Shown: in pieces, positions 1 through 10,832 of the stretch
Layout: every line of letters begins with the position of its first letter
Numbering within the stretch: position 1 is the stretch's first letter
Assembly: GCA_001595945.1 (NCBI GenBank)
Contig: LSSI01000089.1
Location: 453-64,452, forward strand
Reading direction: 5' to 3'
Origin: Thermoplasmatales archaeon SM1-50
Lineage (GTDB): Archaea > Thermoplasmatota > E2 > DHVEG-1
Length of the DNA: 64,000 bases
Notes under the pieces: model-generated
Told to the model about the DNA's origin: nothing
Databases searched by the model: none
Seen by the model: the letters and a program-made list of their open reading frames with translations, nothing else
Program-made: the position numbers and the translations under genes

Positions 1-42
1 TCTCAACAACTCCAATTTTCATAGGACATAACAACGGTAGCG

Positions 43-1074
43 TTACCGATAGTGTAATTTCAGATGGGGCATGTTAACCCCGGCTCCTTTTATGACAGAC
101 CCCACGCGCTTGACCGTAGCATCAGAGTGGTTCCGAAGGATCCCGATGCTCTCCTTTTCATCTTCATCCGAGACAATGATTGCGAATCCCATTCCCATGT
201 TAAAGATTTGATACATTTCATAATAATCGATATTTCCTTGATCTCTAAGGAAGGAAAAAATTGGTTGAGGCTTTAAGGGGTCATCCAGCATATATTGTAC
301 TTTTTCTTTTAATCGTGGGATATTCCAAAGTCCACTACCAGTGATATGAGCAAGACCATGAACATCGATTTTCTTGAAGAGCTCTAGGATTTCCTTGACA
401 TAGATTCTGGTAGGCGTTAGCATAATCTCCCCGATGGTCTTACCGCGGTACAATCCATCAGGAAAATGATCCATGTAGGAGAGCTCTGCTTCATTGATGA
501 CTCTCCGGGCAAGCGTGTAGCCGTTGGAGTGAATCCCGCTACTGCTTAATCCGATGATCACATCACCTAATTGAATCGTATTTCCAAGGATGACGCGGTT
601 TTTTTTCACATAGGCAAGGCAGGTTCCCGCAAGATCAAAGCCGTTGATAAGCTCAGGCAAGTCAGCGGTCTCACCGCCGACTATTGAGATATTTGCAAGT
701 CTGGCTCCTTTCTCCAATCCTCTTCCGATCTCCTTGGTAATTTTTGGGTTTGGGTCTTCCATGGCAAGGTAATCGACAAACGCAAGAGGTTCTGCACCGA
801 CGCATAAGGCGTCGTTAACGTTCATTGCGATACAGTCTATGCCGATGGTGTCATATTTTTTCAATGCTTCTGCTATTCTTACCTTGGTTCCGACACCATC
901 GGTGCAAAGGACCAAGGCGAAGTCGCCAAATTCGATGAGCCCTGCGTAATGTCCTCCCATGGGTTTGCCGATGGTGCCTTTCCGCTTCGTTAAGATGCTT
1001 GACAAGAGTTGTTTGATTGCTTCTTCCTTTTCTTCGATGTCAACACCACTGTTTTTATAGGTCATTTTCTTCAA
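43..1074 (-). CDS. purM: Phosphoribosylformylglycinamidine cyclo-ligase (AIR synthase)
   Basis: Motifs TYKNSGVDI, TDGVGTK, GIDCIAMNVND, GGETA, SSGIHSNGY, AHITG, FNMGMG. Confidence 0.97.
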   Translation of the reverse strand: MKKMTYKNSGVDIEEKEEAIKQLLSSILTKRKGTIGKPMGGHYAGLIEFGDFALVLCTDGVGTKVRIAEALKKYDTIGIDCIAMNVNDALCVGAEPLAFVDYLAMEDPNPKITKEIGRGLEKGARLANISIVGGETADLPELINGFDLAGTCLAYVKKNRVILGNTIQLGDVIIGLSSSGIHSNGYTLARRVINEAELSYMDHFPDGLYRGKTIGEIMLTPTRIYVKEILELFKKIDVHGLAHITGSGLWNIPRLKEKVQYMLDDPLKPQPIFSFLRDQGNIDYYEMYQIFNMGMGFAIIVSDEDEKESIGILRNHSDATVKRVGSVIKGAGVNMPHLKLHYR

Positions 1075-1157
1075 GAAGTATCGCCTCTGATTTCCCTGTA
1101 TTGCGAAACTCTTTTGTTGTGATAAACTTTTTTATGCTGATTGGGTTTGTCATAGTT

Positions 1158-2144
1158 GTGAAACGATTAGCGGACCTTGGAGAACGGGCAGCGATCCGAC
1201 AGATCAATTCAATTCTTACCAAAGAAAAAAAACATCATGGCATTGGTGATGATTGCGCCGCGATTGATATGGGAAATACATATTGGTTAGTCACCACCGA
1301 CATGATGTTCCAACGTACCCATATCCCAAAACAGATGAGCCCCTATCAGATGGGCTGGTTTCTAGTTGCCATGAATATTTCAGATATTGCGGCAAAAGGT
1401 GGAACCCCCCTTGGTGTCGTCTGTTCATTTGGTCTTCCAAAAAGCACAAAAGAATCGTTTCTGAAGGCTCTGACGAAGGGTGCAGATGCGTGTGCCGTGA
1501 AATATGGGACCACTATTGTCGGTGGCGATACAAAGGAGACAGTGGAGATAACCTTGTGTGGAACAACATTTGGCTTTGTTAAAAAATCGGAGTTTATGGC
1601 ACGAACTGGCGCGCAACTTGGTGATATCGTCGCGGTAACCGGAACTTTAGGCAAAGCCGGTGCTGGGTATTATGCATTGAATCGGAAGAAACAGGAAAAA
1701 AAACTGACCAACGCATTACTCAGACCTCTACCTCGACTTACAGAAGGCCGGTTGCTTGCGAAGCAGCAGTCTGTGACATCCTCAATGGACTTATCAGACG
1801 GGTTGTCTGCATCATTGTACCAGTTGCAAGAGGTAAATACTGTTGGGTTTGAAATCAAAAAAACTGCTCTCCCGCTTGATCCTAGGTTGCTTCACATCTT
1901 TAGCAACAAGAATGAAGCTGATCTATATGATGTAGCTCTGCATTTTGGAGGAGATTACGAACTGCTTGTAACAATACAAAAGAATAGATTTGAGAACACA
2001 AGAAAAACTCTACAAAAAAAGGATACTGCTCTGACTGCGATAGGGAGGGTTACAAGGAAAAAGGATATCGTTCTGCTTGATAAAGGCAAAAGAAGCCTGT
2101 TAGAAAACAAAGGCTATGAACATTTCAGAAAGCATCGTTTTTAA
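1158..2144 (+). CDS. thiL: Thiamine-monophosphate kinase
   Basis: GIGDDCA, NISDIAAKGG, GGDT, MDLSDGL, GGDYELL motifs. Start moved from the ORF track's 1017 to the in-frame GTG at 1158 (VKRLADLGE), which avoids overlap with purM. Confidence 0.93.
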   Translation: MKRLADLGERAAIRQINSILTKEKKHHGIGDDCAAIDMGNTYWLVTTDMMFQRTHIPKQMSPYQMGWFLVAMNISDIAAKGGTPLGVVCSFGLPKSTKESFLKALTKGADACAVKYGTTIVGGDTKETVEITLCGTTFGFVKKSEFMARTGAQLGDIVAVTGTLGKAGAGYYALNRKKQEKKLTNALLRPLPRLTEGRLLAKQQSVTSSMDLSDGLSASLYQLQEVNTVGFEIKKTALPLDPRLLHIFSNKNEADLYDVALHFGGDYELLVTIQKNRFENTRKTLQKKDTALTAIGRVTRKKDIVLLDKGKRSLLENKGYEHFRKHRF

Positions 2145-2216
2145 CACCGTAATCTGGTAAGGGCTGTTCAATAAAAGTTTTAAAGGAGATAAAAGAAACA
2201 TAGTATACTGAGAAAA

Positions 2217-3527
2217 ATGAGATTCAAATGGGTCATCGCTCTTACGATTATTGTTATTGCTATACTAGTTTTAGGTATGTTTTCAGGGTTTTTCGGTTCA
2301 AATTTTACTCTTACCACAACAACGGAGAAACCGATAGTGACCATCACCTATCCCTTGGACGGGGCAACGGTAGCCCAACTGGTGATGATCAGTGGGACAG
2401 CAAGTGATGCTAAAAAAACAACAGAGATCATAAGTGTCCAGGTAAAAATCGGCGAAAGCAATTGGGCGACTGCCACGGGAACAACACGCTGGAGTATTGA
2501 CTGGACCACGTATGATTTTCCAAACGGGAATTACACGATATGCGCTCGATCCTATGATGGAAAAGATTACTCAGAAATTCACTCGATAACAGTGAAATTA
2601 TATAACCCGAAGTCTGTCGACTCTGATTCTCACAAATGGGCGATGTTTATTGTAGCAGCAAACTTCCCTCAATCCAATGAAAGTAAATTAGGGAATGGTG
2701 GTCTCTCCCTTGCGGAGGACATTGCAGCATATTTTATCGAAAACAACCAGTATCCGACATCTCAGATGATGATTCTTTTTGATGACGGGTGGATTCGTAG
2801 TGACAATGGCTATGGCACAAAACAAAAAACACTGCAGGAACGAACTCATAAGTATGATATCACCTACGCGGCTGCGACCAAAGCCAACGTTCTAGCATCC
2901 CTTCAGTATCTCATTGATGCATCAAACAAATATGATGATAGTGAGGTGTTCATCTGGATCTTCAACCATGGCGTAGGGAATCAAAATAAAACATTCACAG
3001 GAGGAAAGATTCTAGAGAGAAGTGAAATATTCCTCTGGGATAACACGTTGACTGATAAAGAACTTGGGAGTCTGCTTGCTCCCTTGAAATCAAAGAAGGT
3101 CACTATTATCATTGATGCTTGCTATGCGGGTGGGTTTGCTGATCGAACTATTGCTAGCCTTCGCACCTCGCTGTTGTTACGCTCAGGTATTGCTGGTAAT
3201 GGACGTATAGTCATATCGGGTACTAGTAAATTCCGAGCAGGGTATGCAAGCACGATTCAAGGTCCAATATTTTCTCTGCTATGGTTTGAGGGTCTCTCCA
3301 CTGGGAAAGCAGATGGTTACAAGCCTGGTTTGTTAGACAGAGGCGTGCTTAGACAATTGAAATTTTTCCGAGACGGGAAGGTCTCGGTCGAGGAAGCTTT
3401 TTACTATGCTCGGGTGATGCTACGTACGGATGAAACTCTTCAGGAGTTCAGATCCATGCAGCCTCAGATAAATGATGGATATCCGTATCGTGGTCTTTTG
3501 AGGAACTGGGTCGAACTCATACTATAA
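2217..3527 (+). CDS. Secreted/membrane-anchored caspase-like (clan CD) peptidase with N-terminal Ig-like domain
   Basis: N-terminal hydrophobic segment, Ig-like region (PIVTITYP..GTASD), His/Cys dyad motifs IFNHG and IIIDACYAG. Confidence 0.75.
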   Translation: MRFKWVIALTIIVIAILVLGMFSGFFGSNFTLTTTTEKPIVTITYPLDGATVAQLVMISGTASDAKKTTEIISVQVKIGESNWATATGTTRWSIDWTTYDFPNGNYTICARSYDGKDYSEIHSITVKLYNPKSVDSDSHKWAMFIVAANFPQSNESKLGNGGLSLAEDIAAYFIENNQYPTSQMMILFDDGWIRSDNGYGTKQKTLQERTHKYDITYAAATKANVLASLQYLIDASNKYDDSEVFIWIFNHGVGNQNKTFTGGKILERSEIFLWDNTLTDKELGSLLAPLKSKKVTIIIDACYAGGFADRTIASLRTSLLLRSGIAGNGRIVISGTSKFRAGYASTIQGPIFSLLWFEGLSTGKADGYKPGLLDRGVLRQLKFFRDGKVSVEEAFYYARVMLRTDETLQEFRSMQPQINDGYPYRGLLRNWVELIL

Positions 3528-3564
3528 GAACATTAATAAAGTCTCAATCATTGAAAAATCTGCA

Positions 3565-4575
3565 ATGAAGAAAGAGGCGATGTTTTGGAAACCAATTAAA
3601 GATAATATTGTACAGTGTGTGCTCTGTCCCCATCATTGTATTATCGCTGCTGAGAAACAGGGGATTTGCGGTGTGCGGAAAAACGAGCATGGGAACCTGT
3701 ATAGTCTTATCTATCAAGCGTGTTCGTCAATAGCTACTGACCCTATTGAAAAAAAACCATTATATCATTTCTACCCGGGATCTCTGGTCCTTTCTTTAGG
3801 CTCGGTCGGGTGCACTTTCAGATGTGATCATTGTCAGAACTATCAGATTTCCATGGCACGTCCTAAGGAAATATCCTTGCGAGATGTTCCGGCGGAGAGC
3901 CTAAGCAAGCTTGCTTTAGAACATGGTTGTCATGGTGTTGCCTGGACGTATAACGAGCCTGCAATATGGCATGAGTACACACTTGAGGCTGCTAAATTGG
4001 TCAAGAAAGCTAATCTCTATACGGCATATATCACTAATGGGTATATTGAAGAGGAACCACTGAAAGAGATCGCCCCCTATCTGGATGCAATGAACGTCGA
4101 TGTTAAGGCATTTCATGAAGAGTTTTATAAAAAGATCTGTAAAGCAAGACTGACGCCGGTGCTCCAAACCTGCGAACGTGCGAAAAAACATAGGATTCAC
4201 CTGGAGCTTACCTACTTAGTGATCCCGGGTATGAACGATGATGTACTTGAAATCAAAAAGTTTTCCCAATGGGTCGAAGAAAAACTCGGTAAAGATACCC
4301 CCGTCCATTTCTCTCGATTCCATCCTGATTACAAGATGACAGGCATCAAGGAGACTCCACTCAGTACTCTTCATACTTGTCGTACAGTCGCAAAAAAGGC
4401 GGGTCTTCAGTTTGTCTATCTAGGGAATATCGCTCATGGCGATTATGACAACACCTACTGCCCTCGCTGTAAAAATCTCCTTATTGAGCGATATGGTTTT
4501 TCCTCAAATCTCAAGGGCATAACACAAGGAACATGTTCTCGCTGCAACGCTCCTATTCCGCTACGTATGAATTAA
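3565..4575 (+). CDS. amrS: AmmeMemoRadiSam system radical SAM enzyme
   Basis: CxxCPHxC..GICGVR, DPIEKKPLYHF, CxxxCxxC (CTFRCDHCQN), YNEP, HFSRFHP, C-terminal CxxC pairs. Confidence 0.92.
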   Translation: MKKEAMFWKPIKDNIVQCVLCPHHCIIAAEKQGICGVRKNEHGNLYSLIYQACSSIATDPIEKKPLYHFYPGSLVLSLGSVGCTFRCDHCQNYQISMARPKEISLRDVPAESLSKLALEHGCHGVAWTYNEPAIWHEYTLEAAKLVKKANLYTAYITNGYIEEEPLKEIAPYLDAMNVDVKAFHEEFYKKICKARLTPVLQTCERAKKHRIHLELTYLVIPGMNDDVLEIKKFSQWVEEKLGKDTPVHFSRFHPDYKMTGIKETPLSTLHTCRTVAKKAGLQFVYLGNIAHGDYDNTYCPRCKNLLIERYGFSSNLKGITQGTCSRCNAPIPLRMN

Positions 4576-4704
4576 CCGATTTTTTCTCCTGTTTAATTAA
4601 AACCTATCTAAATATATATATTGAGGAAAAATTTAATAAAGGAGGAAACATACTTATTATTATAATTTATCATCTCTATATAATAAGATTGTACAGGTGG
4701 CCTC

Positions 4705-5475
4705 ATGATATCCTTAAAAAAGAACGATAAAATTATTATTATTGTCGCGGTAGTCATCCTTATTATCGCAGGTGTTGGTGTCGCGATGTACCAATCTCCG
4801 AAAACACCGCCTATTTTACCTTCGGACATCCTTGGTGAAAAAAGCTATGACGTCAACTGGACGGTACAAAATGGCTCTCTGAGTTCAATTTCAGAATTCG
4901 CAGGAAAGAAATCACCATATGAGGGTACCGTCATGATATCTGAAGGAAACATAAAGAGCATTACATTTAATCTTAGCTGGACCGACGACCGTATGACTCT
5001 CCTGAAGCGGATGGGGTTGGATAGCTTAACACTCGAGGTCACAACCCCTGATGGTATTGCTTCTATACAGACAGACACAAGTGCACGTATTACTGGAAAA
5101 GGAGCAATTACAATTACCCTGAACAAGGGAATTATCCCTCCTAAATCACCCATTAAAGCAGTTGATGAACAAGAAGCAAAAGCTAAATTGAAACAACAGC
5201 CATACTATGATGATTCCTGGACTGATAAAGATATTGCTATAGTAGTCAGTGTGAAAATCGGTGAAATTCGCTTGTTAAAACAACTACGTGATAAAGGAAA
5301 CAGCTTCGAGTTAATGATTACGTATGATTACTACGAGGCTGTTCTCTCTGAGGATAAAACAAAAGGCACTGGTGGAGAATTTACCCAACCACCAGATGAG
5401 GATCATTGGACTGATCTGGAAAAACCTCCGTATATCTCTATGATTATCAGCACTGGTTGCGGTAGGTATGTTTAG
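4705..5475 (+). CDS. Hypothetical membrane-anchored protein
   Basis: 256-aa ORF with N-terminal TM segment and beta-rich body, AGGTG just upstream. Confidence 0.7.
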   Translation: MISLKKNDKIIIIVAVVILIIAGVGVAMYQSPKTPPILPSDILGEKSYDVNWTVQNGSLSSISEFAGKKSPYEGTVMISEGNIKSITFNLSWTDDRMTLLKRMGLDSLTLEVTTPDGIASIQTDTSARITGKGAITITLNKGIIPPKSPIKAVDEQEAKAKLKQQPYYDDSWTDKDIAIVVSVKIGEIRLLKQLRDKGNSFELMITYDYYEAVLSEDKTKGTGGEFTQPPDEDHWTDLEKPPYISMIISTGCGRYV

Positions 5476-5744
5476 ACCATTTTATACAGATCATTGCCTC
5501 CTACCAAAAAAATTTCTGTAGATTATTCTAGTAAAACAGATGTGATAATTAACGTCGGTTTCATCATTTTTTTATTATAGAAAATTCTCTTCATACCTTG
5601 ATGTTGTTGATGGTCGTAAGTGCTATCAAATACATATCCTAAGAATGTTCCATGAATTGTAAATATATGATATATTGCTTCTCTCATATATAAAAAACGT
5701 TAACGAGATGCTATTCTACATTGTAATCAGAGTAGAGAACGATA

Positions 5745-6791
5745 TTAATATTTGAATCGAAGTAGTGCAGCTACGCCCCCGATTCCCTCAAATTTTTTTC
5801 CCGTTTCATGCATCGTATTGATAATAATAAACGTGCAATTTGTCTTTCGTGCAAGATCAAGTAAGTGTTCCCCGTTTTTACTTCGAACCATAACATCTGT
5901 AAGCAGTAGTTTTTCTGCAGCACCCCGTGATAAGGCGTCTTCTACTTCGTTTGTTCCATAGGTCACTAACCCATCTTTTTTAATTTCCTCGAATACTTTC
6001 TCAACAGCCTGGGTTTCTTTCGAAACACGGTTTTCCTTTGTGATTTGTTCAACGATTCCAATTTTAAGTGCTTCATAGACCCCATTCAATCCTGCGTTTG
6101 CAGTCGCATGGGTGATCGCATCCTTGAAAAGCAAAGGTTCTTTTTCCTTTCCTACCTTTATCAAATGATCACGTGCAAATCCTGGACCGATTATTACAAG
6201 GGGGGAATCGGTTTTTTTCACTGTTTTTATCACAGAAAAAATTTCACCATGATACTCCTTGGTTGTCTCTTTGCTCTCATACATCTTACCAGATCGATGT
6301 GCGTCAATCTCAGCAGCAATTTGCACGCCGCTTTGATAGAGGAGGGTAACGGTTGCAGCATCATCATCAAGGGATACGAACACCAACATTGGTTGGGTCC
6401 TTTGTTGTACTGCCTCATCTATCCTCTGAAGATGATGTGCTTTCCAATATTCTTTTACAATGGAGAGTGGCTGCATTTCCTCTGCGTCAACATTAAACGT
6501 GTGATACGAGCCAAGGTCTTGTGGTCCTTCCTTGATAATGCCTTGTATGCGAAGTCTGTTTGAAAACTCATGAAAGGCGACTTTTTCAACCAAGAGTCCT
6601 AACTTCATTTTTTTCTTCTCTGATTTCTTGGCTCGAATCTTATCTGCTTTTTCCCCATCTGCGGTACGAAACGTCACCGCACGAACCAAATCACCTTCCT
6701 CGATGATGTTATATAGATGCCAGATATCATCAAGATTCTCAGGGATGAGCTTGATTTCACCGCTCTTTGGATCTTTAAAGATAACTTTCAC
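5745..6791 (-). CDS. pelA: mRNA surveillance protein pelota (Dom34)
   Basis: PENLDDIWHL, RLRIQG, GSYHT, GPGF, YG..EV..AL..GA, GGVAALLRF. Confidence 0.96.
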   Translation of the reverse strand: MKVIFKDPKSGEIKLIPENLDDIWHLYNIIEEGDLVRAVTFRTADGEKADKIRAKKSEKKKMKLGLLVEKVAFHEFSNRLRIQGIIKEGPQDLGSYHTFNVDAEEMQPLSIVKEYWKAHHLQRIDEAVQQRTQPMLVFVSLDDDAATVTLLYQSGVQIAAEIDAHRSGKMYESKETTKEYHGEIFSVIKTVKKTDSPLVIIGPGFARDHLIKVGKEKEPLLFKDAITHATANAGLNGVYEALKIGIVEQITKENRVSKETQAVEKVFEEIKKDGLVTYGTNEVEDALSRGAAEKLLLTDVMVRSKNGEHLLDLARKTNCTFIIINTMHETGKKFEGIGGVAALLRFKY

Positions 6792-6801
6792 AGGTATTCA
6801 C

Positions 6802-8763
6802 CTATACTCCATCAAATCCAATGGTTTTTAGGAGAGTGCAATCCCCTGGTGGAAGTAATTTTTCTACTGTTTCTGTAGAGACATGGAATTGTTTTGCAAG
6901 TTTTTGTGCGATGGTACTTTTCTTTGTTGTACCTGGAATAAGGATGGCATAGCCTTTTATCGCTCGTTCTTCTACTGCTGTCGTTGGACCACCCATAAGC
7001 TTTTCTTGATTCTCGATAGTGATAAGGCCAACAGCAACCTCAAGTTTACTTCGATGATAATTACGTTTGCCTCTGATGATAAATGCGCCCTTTGGTACAA
7101 ACTCACCGCTCTCAGGTGTCTTGCTGACCTGCTCAGGGTGCACCCAATATGCGGAGGCTTCAGCAAACTGGTTCCATGCACGAGAATAGGATGCAGCAAA
7201 CACGCATGCCTCCTTTAGTGTTTTCTCAGAGATAAGGAGTTTCTTATCGTTTATATCTTTGCATTTTATGATGCAGCTTGGGGCACCATGGATGTCAGCG
7301 TGGGCATATCGGTCACCGTCTGAGAGGTATTTTTTAACTACGATATCGTTGCTTAGGGCGTCTCTTCCTGCAACAACGACGTTTCCCTCTGTAGATATGA
7401 ACCAGCGGAACCGCTCAAACCACCATTGCCTCTCATGTTTGATTTCTTTTTTCTTCTCTACAATCTCGATTTCCTTTATGGTTTGCAGCTTATGTTTTGT
7501 CTGCTCAACTGCTTGTTCCGCACCCTTCAATTTTTCCTGAATTTTTTTGCTTTCCTCGTATTTTTGATCTGCATTTTCAGAAACGCTTTTTCGGAAATCC
7601 AATGAAACATCGAGGGTTGTTTTTTTTCCATCGCTAATTACGACGACTAGTTCGTTGATAGTAGGGTCAAATTGTTTAACTATGGAATACTGTCGAATTT
7701 TGTTAATAGCATCATTTTTTTCTTTTTGTTTGAGTAAGTCCTCTATATCTAGTAGGATCTTCTCACAAGCTTGAAAGTTCATATACACAAGGTCCGCCTC
7801 AAGTTTCTTCTGGGCGATGGTTTTTTTGAATTCTTCGATTAATCCTTGTTGTTGAATTAGCTGTCGCTGAAGTTTTTCTATGGTTTTCTTATGTTTGATT
7901 TGATTTGGTTCTATGGTTTCTCTTGTAGATAGGAGCACTTCAAGGCCTTTGGATAAACTCGGAGTTGCTTGAGATGTACCATCTGTATAGCTTACAAACG
8001 GAAAGGGAAGAATATCAATGAGTGCGCTGTTCTTCTTTACAAACACCGGATAAAATTTCCTCTGTTTGAAAATAGATAGAAAATTCTGCAGTTCATCGTA
8101 GATTTTTTTACATGACTCTAAATCCAAGTCCGATGTTTTCGTTTTCTTACTAATCTTTGCACGAGCGCACAGCTCCTCCGCGTACAACCCACTTAAATTT
8201 ACAGAGGTCGCTAGAGTTCGTACGAGATCCTTTGAGCTTTTTGAGGTAATATCTTGGAATTCTTGCCATGTCAGATGAAACGGGTTTATCTGGGATGGTG
8301 GTGGGATATATTTCTCGCCGCTTTTAATTATTCGAGACGACCATTCCTGCTTGATTAGAGGACGGATGATGATTCCCTTCGGATTGAGGAGGATGATGTT
8401 TCCTTTCGAAAATAACTCACAGACCAGGGTATAATCTCCTTCCTTTTTTCCAACCTTGATTTTAATAATTCGATCAAACTCATGCTGGATGATCTCACTG
8501 ATTTTTCCATTGAGTAAATATTTTCGCAAGGTCATCGCAAAGAGCGATGGTTTCTCAGGTGTATCAAACGATTTTTGGGTACGACAAAAAAGTTCTCCGT
8601 TTCGTATATACATTGCTTCTTTTTGATTTGCTGTTTTTTGCTGTATTCTCAAGAGAATCTCGTCGCGAGAAAGCTGATATATTTTTTCCATATAACATCC
8701 AATCAGATCTTGAAGCTCTGAGACAATGACATAGATGTCAAATGACGCAAGTCCTCGTTGCAT
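6802..8763 (-). CDS. rqcH: Ribosome quality control protein Rqc2/NEMF (NFACT family)
   Basis: FAMTLRKYL, QHEFDRI, ELFSKGNIIL, coiled coil, WFERFRWF, GRDA..N, HADIHGAP, VSKTPESGE..KGAFIIRG. Confidence 0.95.
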   Translation of the reverse strand: MQRGLASFDIYVIVSELQDLIGCYMEKIYQLSRDEILLRIQQKTANQKEAMYIRNGELFCRTQKSFDTPEKPSLFAMTLRKYLLNGKISEIIQHEFDRIIKIKVGKKEGDYTLVCELFSKGNIILLNPKGIIIRPLIKQEWSSRIIKSGEKYIPPPSQINPFHLTWQEFQDITSKSSKDLVRTLATSVNLSGLYAEELCARAKISKKTKTSDLDLESCKKIYDELQNFLSIFKQRKFYPVFVKKNSALIDILPFPFVSYTDGTSQATPSLSKGLEVLLSTRETIEPNQIKHKKTIEKLQRQLIQQQGLIEEFKKTIAQKKLEADLVYMNFQACEKILLDIEDLLKQKEKNDAINKIRQYSIVKQFDPTINELVVVISDGKKTTLDVSLDFRKSVSENADQKYEESKKIQEKLKGAEQAVEQTKHKLQTIKEIEIVEKKKEIKHERQWWFERFRWFISTEGNVVVAGRDALSNDIVVKKYLSDGDRYAHADIHGAPSCIIKCKDINDKKLLISEKTLKEACVFAASYSRAWNQFAEASAYWVHPEQVSKTPESGEFVPKGAFIIRGKRNYHRSKLEVAVGLITIENQEKLMGGPTTAVEERAIKGYAILIPGTTKKSTIAQKLAKQFHVSTETVEKLLPPGDCTLLKTIGFDGV

Positions 8764-8876
8764 GAGTTACGAAACATTATCTATTTCAATCTTAAAAAAG
8801 AATGGGATAGAACCAGACGGGATAAATTCAGTGCTACATATGTTTTTATATGCTTTGTTCTGATTTCTTTGAATCA

Positions 8877-10200
8877 TTATTTATCATTTGACCATTTGAA
8901 TCTTCTAGGGCTGTTGATGAATCGGATTTCTCTCCAGTCTGATGATTTTCTACCAACTTGATTGAAGACAACAACAGTTATCTGATGTTTCCTTAACTAG
9001 AATTTGTCGAATTACCATTTATAGGGGCCCTCTATATCAGTGGAGACTAATTTTCCGTCATAGTAAAACTTTGCTCGCTTAATACAGTTTGTCGCATAGT
9101 CAACTTCAGTCCAGATCCAGATGTCATCAATGACCGTTGTTTTATACTCGCCGATTTCACGTTTTTTTCATTTCATTCTTGTAAAGGAAACCAACACCTG
9201 GTGAAGTAATTCTTATCTGTGGAAGTGGATCAAGAAAATCAGCAAGATATGTGAGTGTTGCTGCAATGATGCGGTCGTGTTGACCAGGTAACTTATGTTG
9301 ACATTGCTGAGATTTTCTTGTGTTGTGTGAAAGTTCGGGTCGACAGTTCCTTTCCAGGAGCAGATTGTTTCTCAGCCGTAAGTAAGAAACGCTGCGTAAT
9401 TGCTGCCGGACATTTTGTGCTCTGCTCTATCGATTTCACGACAGCTTATACTTAATCCGATTGAGTAATTTGTATTAATACTCTCAAAAATATCTGCTAC
9501 CCATCCAACATCCTCTGTTGCAGTAATAGTCATCCTTCGACTTCCTTCGTCGTATCCAATCATATCTGCGTTGATTTCGACAAGAATACGTTCATTCCGT
9601 TCATATGCTTCTTTTGAATAAGAGCGACTACCAAAAAGGTCAATCTCTTCTCCTGAAAAGGTCACAAATTTAACGAAACGATGAAAGTCAAAGTGGTTTA
9701 ATGCATAGGCTGCTGCAAGTACAGCAGCAGTAATTCATCCATCAGCGTTTGCCCCCGGGCTTCGTGAGACTGGATTATAATGGGCGTTAAAGATGATTGA
9801 TGAAGTGTCATTTGTGTTTGTTCCAGTTAATGTCGCTTCAATGTTTTGGCTTGTGTAGAGATGAGGATAGTAGCGATTTTCCCATCCAGTCTAGTTTTAA
9901 TATAGTGTGAGTAACTACATGCTTGTGAATTGTTGAAAGATGTATTCTGCTGCTTACTCACATCTGTAGGATCCAGTCATACGTGGTCCAAAACCAACGA
10001 TGATTTGAAGATATTTCATTAAAAGTTTTTCATGGATTATGGATAGGATCTGAGCGATTTTTTGATCGGTGCTTGTCTTTTCATTCTGATTGTTATTTAT
10101 AGAGCTGTTTATATTGGGTTGTATTGGAAGAGAAATCGATGATACTGAGATTCTAAGTGAAATTACTATTAGAAAAACAATGTCTAATCGGAGGTTAATC
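8877..10200 (-). pseudogene. Decayed M28-family secreted aminopeptidase
   Basis: Manual translation gives GFGPRMTGS..E*AAEYIF..SQNIEAT..AHYN..SPGANADG*..TFSGEE..ADMIGY..G*, with several in-frame TAA/TAG/TGA stops and frameshifts. Colinear with 15871..17169. The 5' boundary is approximate. Confidence 0.88.
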
Positions 10201-10289
10201 CCTAAGTATTTCTTTATTATATCTTATTTTATCATAAATTTCATAAAAAAGATTATTATATAGTTTTGCTTAAAGAAATTAAATTTTTT

Positions 10290-10694
10290 TTATATTCTTT
10301 TCATTGGAGGTTTTTTTGCTATTCTTTTAACGGTTTGTACTAGTGTGTTGATGTCAAATGGTTTGGTGATGTATTCGGCGATATATGAGTAGATTTCATT
10401 GAATTCTTCCCCTTGGATGCGTTTTGCTGTAAGGACGATGACGGTGTTTTGTTGGATAAAACCATCAACCGTCATTTTTTTTATGGTTTCGATACCATTC
10501 AGTACTGGCATCATTAGGTCCAGAAGGATAATCCCTTGAAATCCTTTTTCGAGTTGAATAAGGCAATGTCTTCCGTTATAGGCATTTGTGACCTTGAACC
10601 CTTCTCTTTCAAAGAGCATCTTTAAACTAAAGACGATATCAGGGTCGTCGTCGACGATCATAATATTGTTTTGGTGATATCGCTCCTCATTCAT
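10290..10694 (-). CDS. Stand-alone response regulator receiver protein
   Basis: IMIVDDD, LLDLMMP (phospho-Asp), LTA, YITKPF. Confidence 0.92.
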   Translation of the reverse strand: MNEERYHQNNIMIVDDDPDIVFSLKMLFEREGFKVTNAYNGRHCLIQLEKGFQGIILLDLMMPVLNGIETIKKMTVDGFIQQNTVIVLTAKRIQGEEFNEIYSYIAEYITKPFDINTLVQTVKRIAKKPPMKRI

Positions 10695-10781
10695 AATGTT
10701 ATATCTTTCTCTTTTTAGTATATATTATTTTTCATTAAAAATGCCAAAATGAAAAAATTACATAGAGGCGTGAGTTGTGAG

Positions 10782-10832
10782 GAGGTACCTCAAAAAAGGG
10801 AGATAGGATGCTTGGGGAGGAAGAGGTACCTC
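10782..10832. promoter_or_regulatory. Two copies of the perfect palindrome GAGGTACCTC, a possible operator
   Basis: GAGGTACCTC at 10782-10791 and 10823-10832, between the divergent receiver and HTH-PAS genes. Confidence 0.4.

Noticed and set aside
1-22. Start of a further minus-strand gene (MKIGVVE) downstream of purM
   Set aside because: Only seven codons are visible, so it cannot be assigned
10782-10832. Mini CRISPR array
   Set aside because: Only two 10-11 bp repeats, too short for CRISPR repeats, and no cas genes
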